Below are positions 10,801-24,619 of a DNA stretch of 64,000 nt, in pieces. How positions within the stretch are numbered: the first letter of the stretch is position 1; every line of letters starts with the position of its first letter. The stretch lies in assembly GCF_001194135.2 (NCBI RefSeq), contig NC_068998.1:30127073-30191072 (forward strand). Reading direction: 5' to 3'. The notes beneath the pieces were generated by a model. The model was given only the letters and a program-made list of their open reading frames with translations. It searched no databases and was not told the origin of the DNA. The stretch comes from Octopus bimaculoides. Taxonomy: Eukaryota. The translations under genes were made by a program, and so were the position numbers.

Positions 10801-12814
10801 NNNNNNNNNNNNNNNNNNNNNNNNNNNNNNNNNNNNNNNNNNNNNNNNNNNNNNNNNNNNNNNNNNNNNNNNNNNNNNNNNNNNNNNNNNNNNNNNNNNN
10901 NNNNNNNNNNNNNNNNNNNNNNNNNNNNNNNNNNNNNNNNNNNNNNNNNNNNNNNNNNNNNNNNNNNNNNNNNNNNNNNNNNNNNNNNNNNNNNNNNNNN
11001 NNNNNNNNNNNNNNNNNNNNNNNNNNNNNNNNNNNNNNNNNNNNNNNNNNNNNNNNNNNNNNNNNNNNNNNNNNNNNNNNNNNNNNNNNNNNNNNNNNNN
11101 NNNNNNNNNNNNNNNNNNNNNNNNNNNNNNNNNNNNNNNNNNNNNNNNNNNNNNNNNNNNNNNNNNNNNNNNNNNNNNNNNNNNNNNNNNNNNNNNNNNN
11201 NNNNNNNNNNNNNNNNNNNNNNNNNNNNNNNNNNNNNNNNNNNNNNNNNNNNNNNNNNNNNNNNNNNNNNNNNNNNNNNNNNNNNNNNNNNNNNNNNNNN
11301 NNNNNNNNNNNNNNNNNNNNNNNNNNNNNNNNNNNNNNNNNNNNNNNNNNNNNNNNNNNNNNNNNNNNNNNNNNNNNNNNNNNNNNNNNNNNNNNNNNNN
11401 NNNNNNNNNNNNNNNNNNNNNNNNNNNNNNNNNNNNNNNNNNNNNNNNNNNNNNNNNNNNNNNNNNNNNNNNNNNNNNNNAATGAGAACATTGGACAAAA
11501 TATGTTATTGACATTAATAGTTTGTACCTCAGCTAATTACTGTTGAGAACTGCATAATCCATGTGTCATATTAGAGATCTAAAAGGCATTTTCGAATTTC
11601 ATTATTTTCTTTAATCCAGGCAACGCTGGATATTTCTGCTAGTTATCAATACGTCTGAACCGGTATCTAATTGCATTTTGGTCTGAAACCCATTTATTTC
11701 TACCGACACAAATTTTTGGTTTTGTCTGGTATAATTTACTTTTGTTGAGTAGACTTTCTTTTTTTTTTATTGTTTTCTTTGACTGGCATTTCGTCTGTAT
11801 ATGCCCAATTTTACCACACTTAAAACAGGTTTTATCTTTAAAGAGGCAATCTTTCCTCAAATGTCGCTCTCTGCAACCATAGTACCATTTTGTATTTAAT
11901 TTTTTCATTCTTTGTATACTTTCTTTACATATTTTTACATTTTTCTTGTCTTCTATTTTCCTTGTATCATCTCGAAGGCTTATTATTTGTTGGCATTCTT
12001 CAGCCACCTTCTGCAAAGTGAGTTTCACATCTTGGTTCAACTTTGATAATATTCTTTTTCTAATTTCTGCGTCTTCCGTTGCCACTAGCTCTTTAACAAA
12101 TATTAAACACTTGAACATATCTGGCGTTAATTCTTCCAACTTGAACCTTGTGCAAGCCTTGTTAACCATACCAGCATATGTCACAAAATCATCGGACTCA
12201 TTTTTCTTTAAGTTTAAATATTCCCATCGAATGTTAAACTGTGAACTTTTCTCGCTAAAAATATTCGTCAAAATATTTATTGTTTCCTCAAAACACAATT
12301 CCGTGGGCTTTCTCGGCAAAATAAAGTTACAAAAACTTTTGTGTTCCGGAGTAGCAAGCTTTCGCAAAAGGAGTCTTACCTTCCTTTCACTAGACAATCC
12401 TTGACATTCCTCTTGGAATATATCTTCGTATCGTCTGTAATATGCAGCAAAAGTAGTTCCTTTATCCGGATTGTAGTGAAATTCTTTGATGGAATTTGCA
12501 ACACCATCTGCTGAAAATGATTCTGTCATATTTCTCGCCTGCAGTAACAAATCTGTTAACTTCTGTAGTTGCTGCTGCTGCTCTTGTTGTTTCACTACTG
12601 CTTTCAGTAACTCTTCCATTTTTGGTGCTATTAGAAACCTCGTCGCCACTGTTATGTCTCAAGCTACTGCTATCTAGCACCTTCGGGTGATCGCTATACA
12701 ACTGCTACTCAACAGCTACTTGACTGCTACTCAACACTCCTACCATGGCCAGACTACCTCTATTTATATGTCTTGGGAGATCCTACTTCTTCCCCTGGGG
12801 GCGTTGACACAACA
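7896..12814 (-). mobile_element. Ty3/gypsy LTR retrotransposon (Mag-like), full outline, inactive
   Basis: LTRs at 12650-12814 and 7896-8082 with TG...CA ends; 5-bp TSD TATAC (7891-95, 12815-19); PBS TGGCGACGAGG (complementary to the tRNA-Ser GCU 3' end); PPT AAAAGGGGGAGG. Gag with double zinc knuckle, protease LDTGS, RT YLDD, RNase H DASKYGIGAV and integrase in gypsy order, with stops and frameshifts. Confidence 0.95.
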
Positions 12815-14063
12815 TATACCTATAAGAAACTTGATGGAAATGTTGACCTGTGTAGAAACTACCTATTTCAGTATGGACACTGATATATATCAACAAGAAG
12901 AGGGTTTAGCTATGGGTTTGCCATTATCACTGATAATAGCCAATATATACATGGAATACTTTGAGAATTTGGCTTTAGGATCAACACCACTGAAACCAAC
13001 CCTATGGCTGCGATATGTTGATGGCACCTTTATTCTCTGGCCCCACCAGGAAGATGTCCATGTGCTGTCAGATCATGTGAACTCAATAAAGCCATTCATA
13101 CAGTTCACAATGGAAAAGGAAAAAGACAATCAGCTAGCGTATTAATAACATGCACCAAGTATGGATTCAGGATATCCGTATACTGCAGGCCGACCTTCAT
13201 TGGACGATACCTTAACTTCAATTCCCACCATCCATACAGTGTAAAGAGAGGAATTGCTCAGTGCCTAAAACGTCGAGCAAAGTATATAAGTAGCCATCGT
13301 GATACACACCACGAAGAAAAGATGAAGCTAAGTAACAATCTATTAAGTAACAACTACCCCCAAAACATACTATCCACTCCAATTATGAAGAAAATAGAGG
13401 ATGAAACCAATAAACTGGCCACAGTCTGTTTACCCTATGTGAAAGGCCTCTCGGAGAAGATACAAAAGATACGCGGTCCATATGACATCAGGACAGTATT
13501 CAAAAGTAATACAACACTTCACAAATATCTCCTTCGAGTAAAACAACCAATAGAAGAGAATATGACCAAACACTGCCTATACTCCATCCCATGCANNNNN
13601 NNNNNCTCAAAATAAGGGTAGACAAACATCGCAAAGCTGTGACACGAGGAAATGTTGATAAATCGGGTGTAGCTGGTTATGTATGGAAAAATGGAGACAA
13701 CCTCCCCCTGTGGGATGAAGTTAAAATAATAGACAGTGAACACCACTGGAAAATATGAAAACTAAAAGAAGCAGCACATATGCTAGGACACAACAACCTC
13801 CTAAGCAGAATGAGTGCAGATATGAATAGCATATGGGAACTGGTATTAAGAAAGGATAGGAAAATATTAGATTTATAAGCCCTAAAATTCACTCCATCAT
13901 TGCCCACAAACATATGGTGTAGTGGTTAAGAGTGCAGGCTGCTAAACACAAGATTCCGAGTTTGAGTCTAAGCAGTGACATGAATAATAATAATAGTAAT
14001 AACAATAACAACAACATCGAAAAATACCTTAGAAATGAGAACCCAGGTTCGAAATTTCCCCAA

Positions 14064-14106
14064 GACACCTAATGAAGGCTGGAGGGTATATCAGCCAAAA
14101 CGTATT
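14064..14106 (+). ncRNA. Degenerate hammerhead motif in the direct pLTR
   Basis: gacacCTAATGAaggctggagggtatatcagccAAAAcg: sister of 7007-7052 with extra core damage and loss of the stem I 3' strand. Confidence 0.55.
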
Positions 14107-15088
14107 AACAACAAACAAGATGAGGACAAATATCTGTCAAATGTAAATAAAGTGACCATACTGTGCTGAAGTCTAAACCAGGGTTATTGATTATGATCTG
14201 TCTCTTTCATTTTCCATAATTTTCCAATGTAGTTCTTTGTTCATAATGGAAACTTAATTCCAAATCAAAATATCTTTTTCCATATAGTTGCTTCATTATT
14301 TCAGACTTTGAATTTCTCCTCTAATCAGAATTTCCAGTATTTATTTCTTTATATATTTGGGGATCATCCTGCTTTCCTTTGTAAGATACTAGCCAAATGT
14401 ACAGCATATAATATATTCAATTCTTTAGAAAACTGAACTGATTATATCCTATAAAATAAATCTGCAGCATGTGATATTACACTTGAATACTGATGTCATA
14501 TTTTCTATAGATTCATTGTAGTTTTTCAGCCAAATCCTAAAAATAAAATTGAAGTTGCAGATCTGTTTTTACCTCACCTTTGCATGCATCTTTCAATAAA
14601 AACAAATTGAAGATTAACAATATCATAAAGAGTAGACAGAGAATGTATCCCAGGAGCACATTGTTTGATGGAAATGCAAAGACTAGTCATTTAGCAATAT
14701 GAGTACACAATAAAAGAAAAGTGGGGGTGGGAGTGAAAAATGGGTAAATGGAGTTTATACAAGAATATACATGAGGAGGGATTTTAATAGTTTCATATGG
14801 GTTCTGACTATTGTAAATAGTAGGATTGTTAAGAGTTTTGTTTATTTGAGTTCATGCAAGTTATCCTCGATATCATTATGATTTATTAATATATTTAAAT
14901 TTGAAAAATTGTTTTACCATTAAAAAAAAAACAACTTCCGAATAGCAAAAGCACACAGACAAAACCTGAACTGCTGAAATTCTGGAATTATGGAAATATA
15001 TTGTTGTGTGATTGCATTACTAACTACACCATACTATTGAGTTTATACAAAGTATATTTGTATGCTCTTTTCCCCAAAAGCATTTGCA

Positions 15089-16060
15089 ACATCATCATCC
15101 TCATCATCACCATCATTTAGCATCTGTTTTCCATGCTGGCATAGGTTAGACAGTTTGACTGGAACTGGTAAGCCAGGGACTGCACCAGACTCCAGTCTGT
15201 TTTGGCTTGGTTTCTACAGCTGGATGCCTTTCATAATGCCAACCACTTCATAGAGTGTATTGGATGCCTTTTACATGTCACTGGCACTAGCCACAACTAC
15301 AATTTTACTTAGCTTGATGTGTCTTCTGAAGCACAGCAAATTGCCAAAAATCACTTATCATCGCTTGTGTGAGACTGTCTTCCTGAGCCTACCTCTTCCA
15401 CAGGTTCCCTCCACAGTACTTCTTTACACAGTTGTCCTCATTCATACACATCACATGGCCCATTTTAAATTCCTCTGTTATGGCCTGGAGGACTATAATG
15501 AAAAAGAAGGGGTTGAGAACCAATCTCTGGTGAACTTCTATTTGTATGTTGAATTCATTGCTATACTCATTGCAGACTTTCACCTTACTGACAGCATCCC
15601 TGTACATGGTTTGAAAGCTCTCACCAATCACTCATCTATTCTTAGCTTCTGCAATGACCACCAGATAAGGGAACAGGGAACCCAGTCAAAGGCTTTCTTC
15701 ATGTCAAATGCAGAGGTTTATTTTTGGCTAAATACTTCTCCTGCAACTGCCTTCTCCTTGTCATAAAACCAAACTGCATCTCATCTAGGCTAACTATCTT
15801 CCTAATTAGTTGAGCTATAACTCTCTTTGTAACTTTCATCATCTGGTCCAGCAATTTGATACCTTTGTAATTATTTCCATCTAAGGCATCACCTTTTACT
15901 TTTGTAATAGCTGTTATAATGCTACTGCACCAGTTGTTGGATATGACTCCTTCATGCACAACCTGATTAACTATATGGGTGACTAGACCATTTCCCACTT
16001 CACCAGATACTTTAAGCATCTCAGCAGTGATTCCTGATAGGCTAAGGGTTTTCTCCTTAA
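15089..16060 (-). mobile_element. Internally deleted RTE LINE with (GAT)n tail
   Basis: RT motifs GLVTHIVNQVV...YKGIKLLDQMMKV and FIIVLQAITEEFK joined directly to the 3' GHVMCM segment, followed by the conserved 3' terminus. Confidence 0.85.
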
Positions 16061-16077
16061 TTGTTCAGCCATCAGTA

Positions 16078-17575
16078 CCCTCTTATTCATCATAGTCCTC
16101 CAGGTAATAACAGAGGAATTCAAGACAGGTTGCCCCTGGGAACTCCTCTATGCTGATGATCTGGCCCTCATAGCAGAATCACTACCAGAACTAGAGAAGA
16201 AACTTCAAGTTTGGAAGCAAGGTTTAGAATTGAAGGGCCTTAGAGCCAACGTTACAAAGACCGAAGTTCTAGTAAGTAGGAAGGCAAACACATTACACAC
16301 CCCTTCAGGTAGGTGGCCCTGCTTGATCTGTAGGAAAGGTGTAGGTAGAAACTCCATAAGATGTATCCAGTGTAAGCTATGGACACATAAGAGGTGCAGC
16401 AACATCAAAGGAAGATTAACTGGGAAGATAGCTTTCACGTGCAGCAGAATCACAGGGGCAATAAACACCACAGATGCTCAGAAAACAGACTCCATCAAAT
16501 GCCAGGGGGAGAAACTAGAAGTAGTTGATAGCTTCCGCTAACTAGGTGACCAAGTCTGTAGTGGGGGTGGATGCTCAGAGAGTGTTACAATTAGAATAAG
16601 AATAGCCTGGGCAAAGTTCAGAAAGCTTCTACCCCTACTGGTGACAATGGGCCACTCACTCAGAGTGAAAAGTAGATTGTATGATGCATGTGTGCGAAGT
16701 GCTATGCTTCACAGCAGTGAAACATGGGCCGTGACTGCTGAAGACATGCGTAGGCTCGAAAGAAATGAAGCTAGCATGATCCACTGGATGTGTAATGTCA
16801 GTGTGCACACACGACAAAGTGTAAGCACCCTGAGAGAAATGTTAGACATAAGAAGCATCAGATGTGGCGTGCAAGATGTTTGTGTTGGTATGGTCATGTA
16901 TTGCGGGTGGACGAGGAGAGCTTTGTGAAGAAGTGCCACTCCCAAATAATGGAAGGAATCCGGGGTAGAGGGAGACCCAGAAAGACATAGGATGTGGTGG
17001 TGAAGCATGACCTTTGAACATTGGGCCTCACAGAGGCAATGACAAAAGACTGAGACCTCTGGAGGTATGCTGTGACTGAGAAGATCTGGCAAATAAAGTG
17101 AGTCCACAGCTGTAACCTACACCAGTGTCACATAACCAGTCCACTGAAAAGTACCTTGGATCGTAGGGCAATATGCCATGCTTGAGGAGACCTACTGAGC
17201 CAAGTTCATCAATATCAGCAATATCAAAATCAAATCAAATGGAAATTGTACTTGTGAACCCTGTACCGGTAGCACGTAAAAAGCACCATCCGAACGCGGC
17301 CGATGCCAGTGCCGCTTCGACTGGCTTCCGTGCCAGTGGCACGTAAAAAGCACCATCCGATCGTGGTCAATGCCAGCTCCTCTGGCTCGTGCCGGTGGCA
17401 TGTAAAAAGCACCCACTACACTCTTGGAGTGGTTGGCATTAGGAAGGGCATCCAGCTGTAGAAACACTGCCAGATTAGATTGGCGCCTGGTGCAGCCTCT
17501 TGGCTTCCCAGACCCCAATCAAACCACCCAACCCATGCCAGCATGGAAAAAGAACGTTAAACGATGATGATGATG
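16078..17575 (+). mobile_element. 5'-truncated RTE LINE, RT C-half to (GAT)n tail
   Basis: GCPWELLYADD, CRKGVGRNSIRC, KLEVVDSFR, ETWAVTAEDMRRLERNE, GRGRPRK, then 3' UTR tandem units and tail at about 17562-17575. Confidence 0.92.
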
Positions 17576-18942
17576 TTTTATCTAACAAACTACAATCTAT
17601 TTGGATAGCTGGTCCCTTCTGTTTGGTTCACAGTAGGCAAGCCTTCCTTCTTCCATGTGTTCTCTACAGGCCCTCCTTCTTCCATGTGTTAGCAGCCTTT
17701 CATAGTGATACTTCCAAGCCTCTTTATTCGCAGACATCTTATCTTCCTTATTAACAGTAATGTTATTCCAAATATAGTATCACATCAATAGAAATCACTA
17801 GTCTGGAGGAGAATATCATCTTATTAGACTGTTTTGGCTATCTCTGGAGTAATCTCAGGTAATGTGATAGATATTTATTTCTCATGAATATAATCATCTT
17901 TAGTTGGTTGGTTTTTGTTAATGAAGTAACTTTTAGCCTGACATTGTAGACATCTAATTATCCTTTCCTTTAACATTATGAAATTCATAATTTAGATCAA
18001 TGAACGAGACTATTTTCAATATAAATATGGTGTTTGTAAATCTAATACAGATCTAATACTAGATTATTTCTTTCAAACTTATCATAAATGCAAAGCTTCA
18101 TACTGTCTGATGATATTTTCCTACAAAAACTGAATCTCTACTTCAAATGACAAAATACTTCAGCTTTGATCAATTATTCATTCTCTGAATGACATAATTT
18201 TTTCTAAATATGTATTGTAAAGTATTTTTAAAAATACAACTTTTTCTGTCTTATTTCCATTTATTTGTATGGATCTTTTGTTAGTCATGAAAACTCTTGA
18301 GATAGTTATAACATGGTATCAATTGCTACATTTGCTTACATAAATTTCTTTCTTTTCAATTTCATTTTCACATAGCTGCTGATAGAAATAGTAATGTCTG
18401 AAATATTCAGCAAAATTAAAGTATTGTTTACTCAGTATTTTTAACATGATGAGATTCTTTGGAGGTGTAGGTCCATGAGTAGGACTAACATAATTTATCA
18501 AGGCACTTTGTTTTCATTTTTTCCTTCTGTCAGTTCAGCATGATTGAATCTTAAGTGATATCAGCTTCCGAGTCAATCAGATACTTTAGCCATCTTGCAA
18601 TAACAATATTAAGAAACTTGGAGAGATGGTTCTTCTCTCTTAGCAGCTCCATATCCCACAAAGGTAAAAGTGGTTGGACAGTGCACAAGTGATCTGTCTT
18701 GTGGCTGTACTTGCATGCTAGGCATATACAGCATTCATGATCTCTCCATCAATGCAGGTTAGCCACTTATCTTTTACTATAGCATAGAACTATTCCCATT
18801 GTAAATAGAATAATGATTTTTTCTTATGAACACAATAAAATGATAATACTATATTCTTACAGAGCAATTACACAAAGTTAAGTAATATATATTGCCTCGA
18901 GATATCAAAGAGTACTTATGATAAATAAATGAGAATACTCAC

Positions 18943-19026
18943 ATGTTTTAATTTCCCTGTTATGGTAGACTGTGTGGAAGAGTGTTTGCTGCTATTGGAA
19001 TCTTTCAAGCTCCGAAGTGAAAACAC
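18943..19026 (-). CDS. SV2: Internal exon (84 nt, phase 0 to 0) of the SV2-like gene
   Basis: Acceptor ctgtacag; donor CAT|gtgagt. Translates VFSLRSLKDSNSSKHSSTQSTITGKLKH (cytoplasmic loop), open and in phase with both neighbours. Confidence 0.82.
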
Positions 19027-20723
19027 CTGTACAGATTAATAATCATTTTAGTTCCCTTTGACAAGCATTTACACAAAACTTTCACTACAAATCAAAATGC
19101 CTATTTAGTGAAAAATTTTATAAAATATTTAGGTAATTCGCTTCTTCTGTACTACTCTCTAGTAACTTTAGTACCTTGTAACCATTTATAACTCTCATGC
19201 ATTTATTTTCAGTATTTATATCTACCTAGTAATTTTTCAATAGTCAGGCCACTTCACATTTATTCTATAACTTTCTTGATGTTTGTAGTGATTAAAATGA
19301 TGTGTATTGTTTTTTGTTTGTTTGCTAAAAATCATCTGAATGATTTGAACAAATATTAAGATGGAGAGGTGTTGCAATTAGACTCCTTAAAAGCAAGGAA
19401 TTTAAGTTCTTAGGAGCAGGTAGTATGAGTGAGGTAGGTTATATTCATGGTGGAAATGTGGGTAGCTAAAATAAAGAACAATTTAAATGAAAACTTGAAT
19501 ATGCTGAATGTCACCTATAATCATTATTTGGTCTTCTAAAATATGACAAAAGAATTTATCATAGTAATATTATCAAATAGCTTAAAAATACAGTGGAGTA
19601 AGGAAATATTATTCAGATCTTGAGTGTTGTGATGTATATCTCCAACATAAATTATAAATAGCTCTAATATACATTTAATATTGTAACAAGCATGAAAGCC
19701 AAATAAAATTATTCTTATCAGGATTAAAAGATAGGCAAAATTGTGTCTATTTTGCATTCCATTTTAATGTTTATATTGTAACATTACTATATTTTTCTCT
19801 TCACACTTTCAGAATTGAAAAGTTTGTGATACTGGTCCAAAATACAAAATAGTCAGCTTTCTTTTATATAACAGAATTCTTGAACAATGAAATATAAGCA
19901 TATTTTTATGCAATTAAAAAAGCTTGAATGAAAGTCTCCAAAAGCTGATTACAAATGTAGCACTGGGTCACATGGATATTGGGTATAAATTCCAATCAGC
20001 ACTAGGTGATGCCAGTTTAGATAAGGAGGAGATATAGAAAAAAGACTAATTGTTAATAAGAGATGATTTACTGCAAACTACAGAACAATGCTGTGAGTAG
20101 TGCTGGTTTCCAACGAATAAAGTATTATTAGAATCTGCAGCTCCACTGTGTAGGTATAGCTTGTATATAGCCAGTATTGATTGCAAAGTGAGCTATTTTG
20201 TATTTTTTGTAGATTTGTGGATCCAGGCAGTAAAGAAATAATCCATAATGAATCTAATGTATCATTTGCGCACTGATGTTGTTATTTCTTTACAACAACT
20301 GAATATTGTGCCTGTAAGTGTTTACAATTTGTTGTTCCTGAAGTTGTATGCTTGTCACCCACATAGTCAATCAGGTAATACAGAGAGGGGCCATACTGAA
20401 GGAGTGGTGTAGCAATATAATCTTTAAAGGTTACAAAGGCAAAGATGTTCAGAAATAATAGAATCTTAGCACAACTGATTAGAAAGAGAATCTGCTTAGA
20501 CAGAATGCATTTTGGGTTTGTGCTAGGTTACTTACCACTGATACTCTCTTACTAGTGAGAATAATGCAGGAGAAATTTTAGTACAGACTAAGTCTCACTA
20601 TCTCACATTTGTTGATCCAAAGAAAGCTTTTGACAGGATACCATGATCGGGTGAAACTAAGAAAACTAGGAGTAGATGAATTGCTTTGAGAACAGTGCAA
20701 ATCATTTACAGAAATGTAATTAG

Positions 20724-20953
20724 GCGGTGAGCTGGCAGAAACGTTAGCATGCCGGGTAAAATGCTTATCGGTATTTCATCTGCCGTTACATTCTGAGTTC
20801 AAATTCCACTGAGGTTGACTTTGCCTTTTATCCTTTTGGGGTCGATAAATTAAGTACCAGTTACTCACTGGGGTTGATGTAATCGACTTAATCCCTTTGT
20901 CTGCTCTTGTTTGTCCCCTCTATATTTAGCCCCTTGTGGGCAATAAAGAAATA
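20724..20953 (+). mobile_element. tRNA-derived SINE with 14-bp TSD
   Basis: A-box-like gagctggcagaa and B-box gagttcaaattcc. TSD AGAAATGTAATTAG at 20710-20723 and 20954-20967. Related copies occur near 37850, 41370, 42710 and 57780. Confidence 0.88.
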
Positions 20954-21529
20954 AGAAATGTAATTAGCAAATTGAGAGTTAGCAATGAGTTTTATGCAAG
21001 CAGGTGTCCATCAAGGCTCAATTCTCAGCACCCACATCAAGCAATAACAGAAGAGTTTAAGACCAGGTGGCTGTGGGAACTCCTACATGCTGATGATCTA
21101 GTTCTTTTAGGAGACTGGTAGATTTAGGGAAGCAATTCCTGTTGTGTAAACAAAACCTAGAATCAAAAGGCCTCAGTATAAACTTAGTAAAGATTAAAGT
21201 CTAAATAGCGATACATGGGCTTTGAATGCAGAAGACATGAGAAGATTGGAAAGAAATGAAGAAAGTATGCTCTGTTAGAAGTGCAACATAAGTGTGAATG
21301 AATGACAAAATAAATGTGCTGAGAGAAAAACTGGGCATAAAAGAAATTAGATGTAGTGTACAAGAAAGAAGATTGCACAGGTATGGATATGGGATGTGCA
21401 TGAATGTAGACAGTTGTATAAAGAAGTATCAATCATTAAATGTGGCTGGAGCTTGTGGAAGAGGAAGACCCAGAAAGACATGAAACTGAGTGGTGAAAGC
21501 TGATCCCAGGATCCCAAACCTCACGGAGG

Positions 21530-22465
21530 TGTAATGGTGAATGGAAACACTTTTATAAGGGTGATTTATCTAGTTTTTATTAAGCAGTATTTTTACCACT
21601 TTTATAACGGGCTGAAATTATCTTATTTATATGGTGATTATTCTACCGAGTAGACTTTTCTAAGTCCACGTCAGTTTGTCACCAATTTATAACATGTTCA
21701 AACTTGGAAAAGATAATAAATATAGATGTTTATTGAGTAGAAATCTATAGTGATAAACCGTTATTTATAACTTAATTATAAGTATTATCACTATGCATAA
21801 ATCTTAACTCAGGCTGATTAAACGCTGTGATGAATTATACACCACCAAGACACTGAATGTACATGTATGTTGAAGATAAATAAAACTCGCTCTTTTTTAC
21901 CGCTATAATAACAGTTTCATAGTTGAAGAAATAAATTTCATTAACAGGTTGAAGAAAATGAAGAAAGAGAAAGTATTTACTAAATTAGTTTATTTACTTT
22001 CATTTAATATTTACAGTACATTTATAAGTCAAAAGAAAACTGTTGTAGAGGATTACGACATAAAATTTATATTACTAATTCTTCCATACTAAGCTACTAG
22101 AGTTTTATACAACAATTCAAATAAGCTTTGTTGAATTAAGTAATAGACATGGCATAAAAATAGCCAATATCTCAAAGGGGTGAGTGTCATGGAAATGAGT
22201 GACAACCAACAAACACTAGGCATGAGTGTCGTGGAGTCTAGTGACAATCAACGATCACTAATTAATTTCCCCAAAATCAGGGTTTTTATAACTGCTCATA
22301 CTTGAATTCTAAGAACCATATTTCGTGAAAGACTTCTCTTTGATGAAAGTTTAGAATTCAAATATGGGCAGTAATTTTAACCAATGGGAAACTAACAATT
22401 ATATTTGTTCGAGTAAACATGACTATTATGTCATATTACTACCGTTTAGGACTTGTATCACTACA
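21530..22465 (-). mobile_element. Solo LTR (936 bp)
   Basis: TGTA...TACA termini and 4-bp TSD GAGG (21526-29, 22466-69). Splits a contiguous RTE sequence. Homologous to 31174-31860. Confidence 0.85.
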
Positions 22466-23397
22466 GAGGAGATGACAAAGGACTAGGATGTCTGGCGATA
22501 TGAGGTTCTGAAGAAGGCTTGCCCATGTCTATGCACAAATGGGTACCTCACCCAATCTCTGCTAAACATCACCCTGACGCATCATCTCTCTTGCTAGGAC
22601 TCTCCACCCCTTGAGAACATCCCACGTTTTTTGCTACTTAGCCATTCTTCATCCATCAATTATTGTTCTCCTCACCTACATGCTAGTGATTCATTCTTCT
22701 CCCACTGAACCACAAAATTATCTCCTCATGCACAACATCTGCTTTTCTCTCCCTCAACTCCTGTAGCCTACTCAACTATATGTCATTTCTCTCTTGTTCT
22801 CTCTGACAGTGTATCACTATTTCAGATCATTATTGCCTGCTGTCTTCCCCCCACTCTCTTCTACATCCCTCTATCTTCCCCAACTTATGCATCATTGATC
22901 ATTCCTCACTCCCTACATCCACCTTTCAAGTTGTTGCCAACCTCTCATCCCTCCACCTTGCTTCCCCATACATCCCTGTAAACTCCCACCTACCTACACT
23001 CCTAGTTCCACTGTTCCAACAATGACAGTGACATCTATGATAATGACAGTAACATGCTGTGAATATTTTGTAGGTAATTCCTAGTAATTTTTCTTTTGTT
23101 ATTAAGTTTAAGTTTTTGAGTGTGATGGTAGGTTTTATTTAATTTTCTTTAGTGTTGGTTAGTAAGAAGAGAGATAGTGGATTTGATAGATTCTATTTTG
23201 TGTCAGTTGTTTTGGAGTAAAAATGTTAGATGATTGATTTAGAAAAGAAGTTGTAATGCAGTAATTTCTAAGGTGTGATAGGAGGAGGTAGCTGTTTTGT
23301 TTTTCTGTATATAAGCTGGCCCAATGTGGGAAGTATATGGAAGTAGATGATATGGAAAATTACAGATTCTAGATATGTTGTTACTGTACTCTACATA

Positions 23398-23525
23398 AGC
23401 TTGTGAGGCTTCCATTCCTGTGAGGCCTCCATTCATGGGTCGCTATTTCCCCCTTGCACACCAACTTGGAGTTTAGAGATCTAGAATGAATATCATAAGG
23501 CTACAACTGAATGAACTAGACTAAT
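23398..23525 (+). repeat. 128-bp exact direct repeat, copy 1
   Basis: Identical by eye to 24620-24747. Confidence 0.9.
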
Positions 23526-24619
23526 CATTTTGCCAGCCAGCATTTTGAATTGTTTTTTAAGGTGTTTAGTATTTTGTTTTGTGAGTAGTGGAGAATAGAG
23601 TTGAACATTTTGTTAATGTAGATGTTAAGAAAAATGGTTTGGGGTTTTCTTGTTCTTGGAGTCATGGGAATGGTTTGTGTAAACTTTGTGAGGATAAGTA
23701 CTGCCAAAGCCCTAAGCTGAAACCAGCAAAAGATAAAAGAGTACTGTCTGAATTTGTTTTGAGTTGTAAAGAAAAATTGATGAGTTGGTGATATAAAAAC
23801 GTGATTTTGAAGATGTACATAGAAAGACAATGGTTTATGACAATGCTTCAATTAGATGTAAGGTTTACAATTGTCATTCCTTTTCTTCTACTTTCATTAA
23901 ATTACCTGTAGCATTAAAAAATAAGTCATTTAAATGTCAATATAATACAACTTCTAGTGAGACCCTTGAGCAACTCATTAACTTCATTTCATGACTATGC
24001 CCATTGGTAATTAAATCTGTACATATGGCACATCTGAATTCCCACTGTATCTTTTGTCTTCTAATTGCATTCATTGACTAAACAATGGATCTCTGATAGA
24101 ATTAGTAGCTAATTTTTCTTTATAGATTATAGGGTATGGTGTGTTACAGAAGATGTTGGTGGAAATTTTATGGAATGATTGTTATTTTGAAGTAGCAGTG
24201 GTGGACTTTACATGAGCGGATATTGAAATGAATAAATTTGAAGTTCATGACTCCTGAAAACAGATGATAAATGCATTTAAAAGTATGTATATCCCAGTTC
24301 AAAATTTACACACAGGCAACACAAAGTACCAAAGCTTAAACTATAAAACTTGAAACCTGGCAAATTGTGGTATCCTTGCACTGCTATTATCTTTCTATTA
24401 AAATTTCCAGCTATGATAATGATTTTGTTGCATTATAGCAAATCAATAACAATCTTGATAAAACCAAATCATACCACACACACACAAAAAAATAAAGAAC
24501 ATATTAAGGAGCTTCTGCCATCATCATCCTTCAATGTGGTTGAACAACCAATCTCAACCAGTCAAGATTCACAGTATGGGTTGTATTATTCATCCTTTTG
24601 ATTGCTGAATATAAAACAT

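Larger units (their letters stand above)
7583..14150 (+). mobile_element. 5'-truncated Penelope-like element (RT + GIY-YIG), interrupted by a gypsy element at 7896-12814
   Basis: MYGLPNIHKDDIPLRPIVS...SLDVISLFTKVP before the insertion; GLAMG.PLS..IANIYME and WLRYVDGTF after it; YSIPC of GIY-YIG near 13580. Removing the gypsy and one TSD copy restores the frame (EHTSIPIRNLME). Imperfect 14-bp flanking repeat agtgacYatactgt at 6918-6931 and 14151-14164. Confidence 0.9.
20345..22560 (+). mobile_element. Old RTE LINE carrying a nested SINE and a solo LTR
   Basis: VTHIVNQVI, WELLHADD and GRGRPRK motifs. The RTE sequence resumes after 22469 (gaggagatgacaaaggac). Confidence 0.8.

Noticed and set aside
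10140-11514. Long ORFs in the track spanning N runs (also near 43050, 52290 and 59240)
   Set aside because: They stay open only because N codons and microsatellites contain no stops.
15089-17575. Divergent RTE pair that might be one element with a 5' inversion
   Set aside because: Each has its own 3' terminus and (GAT)n tail and they overlap in RT content, so they are two insertions.
18340-18397. Exon-like segment (tttcag...gtaagc) on the gene strand
   Set aside because: 58 nt, not a multiple of 3, has a TGA in the required phase-0 frame and no SV2 similarity. The flanking exons already join in frame.
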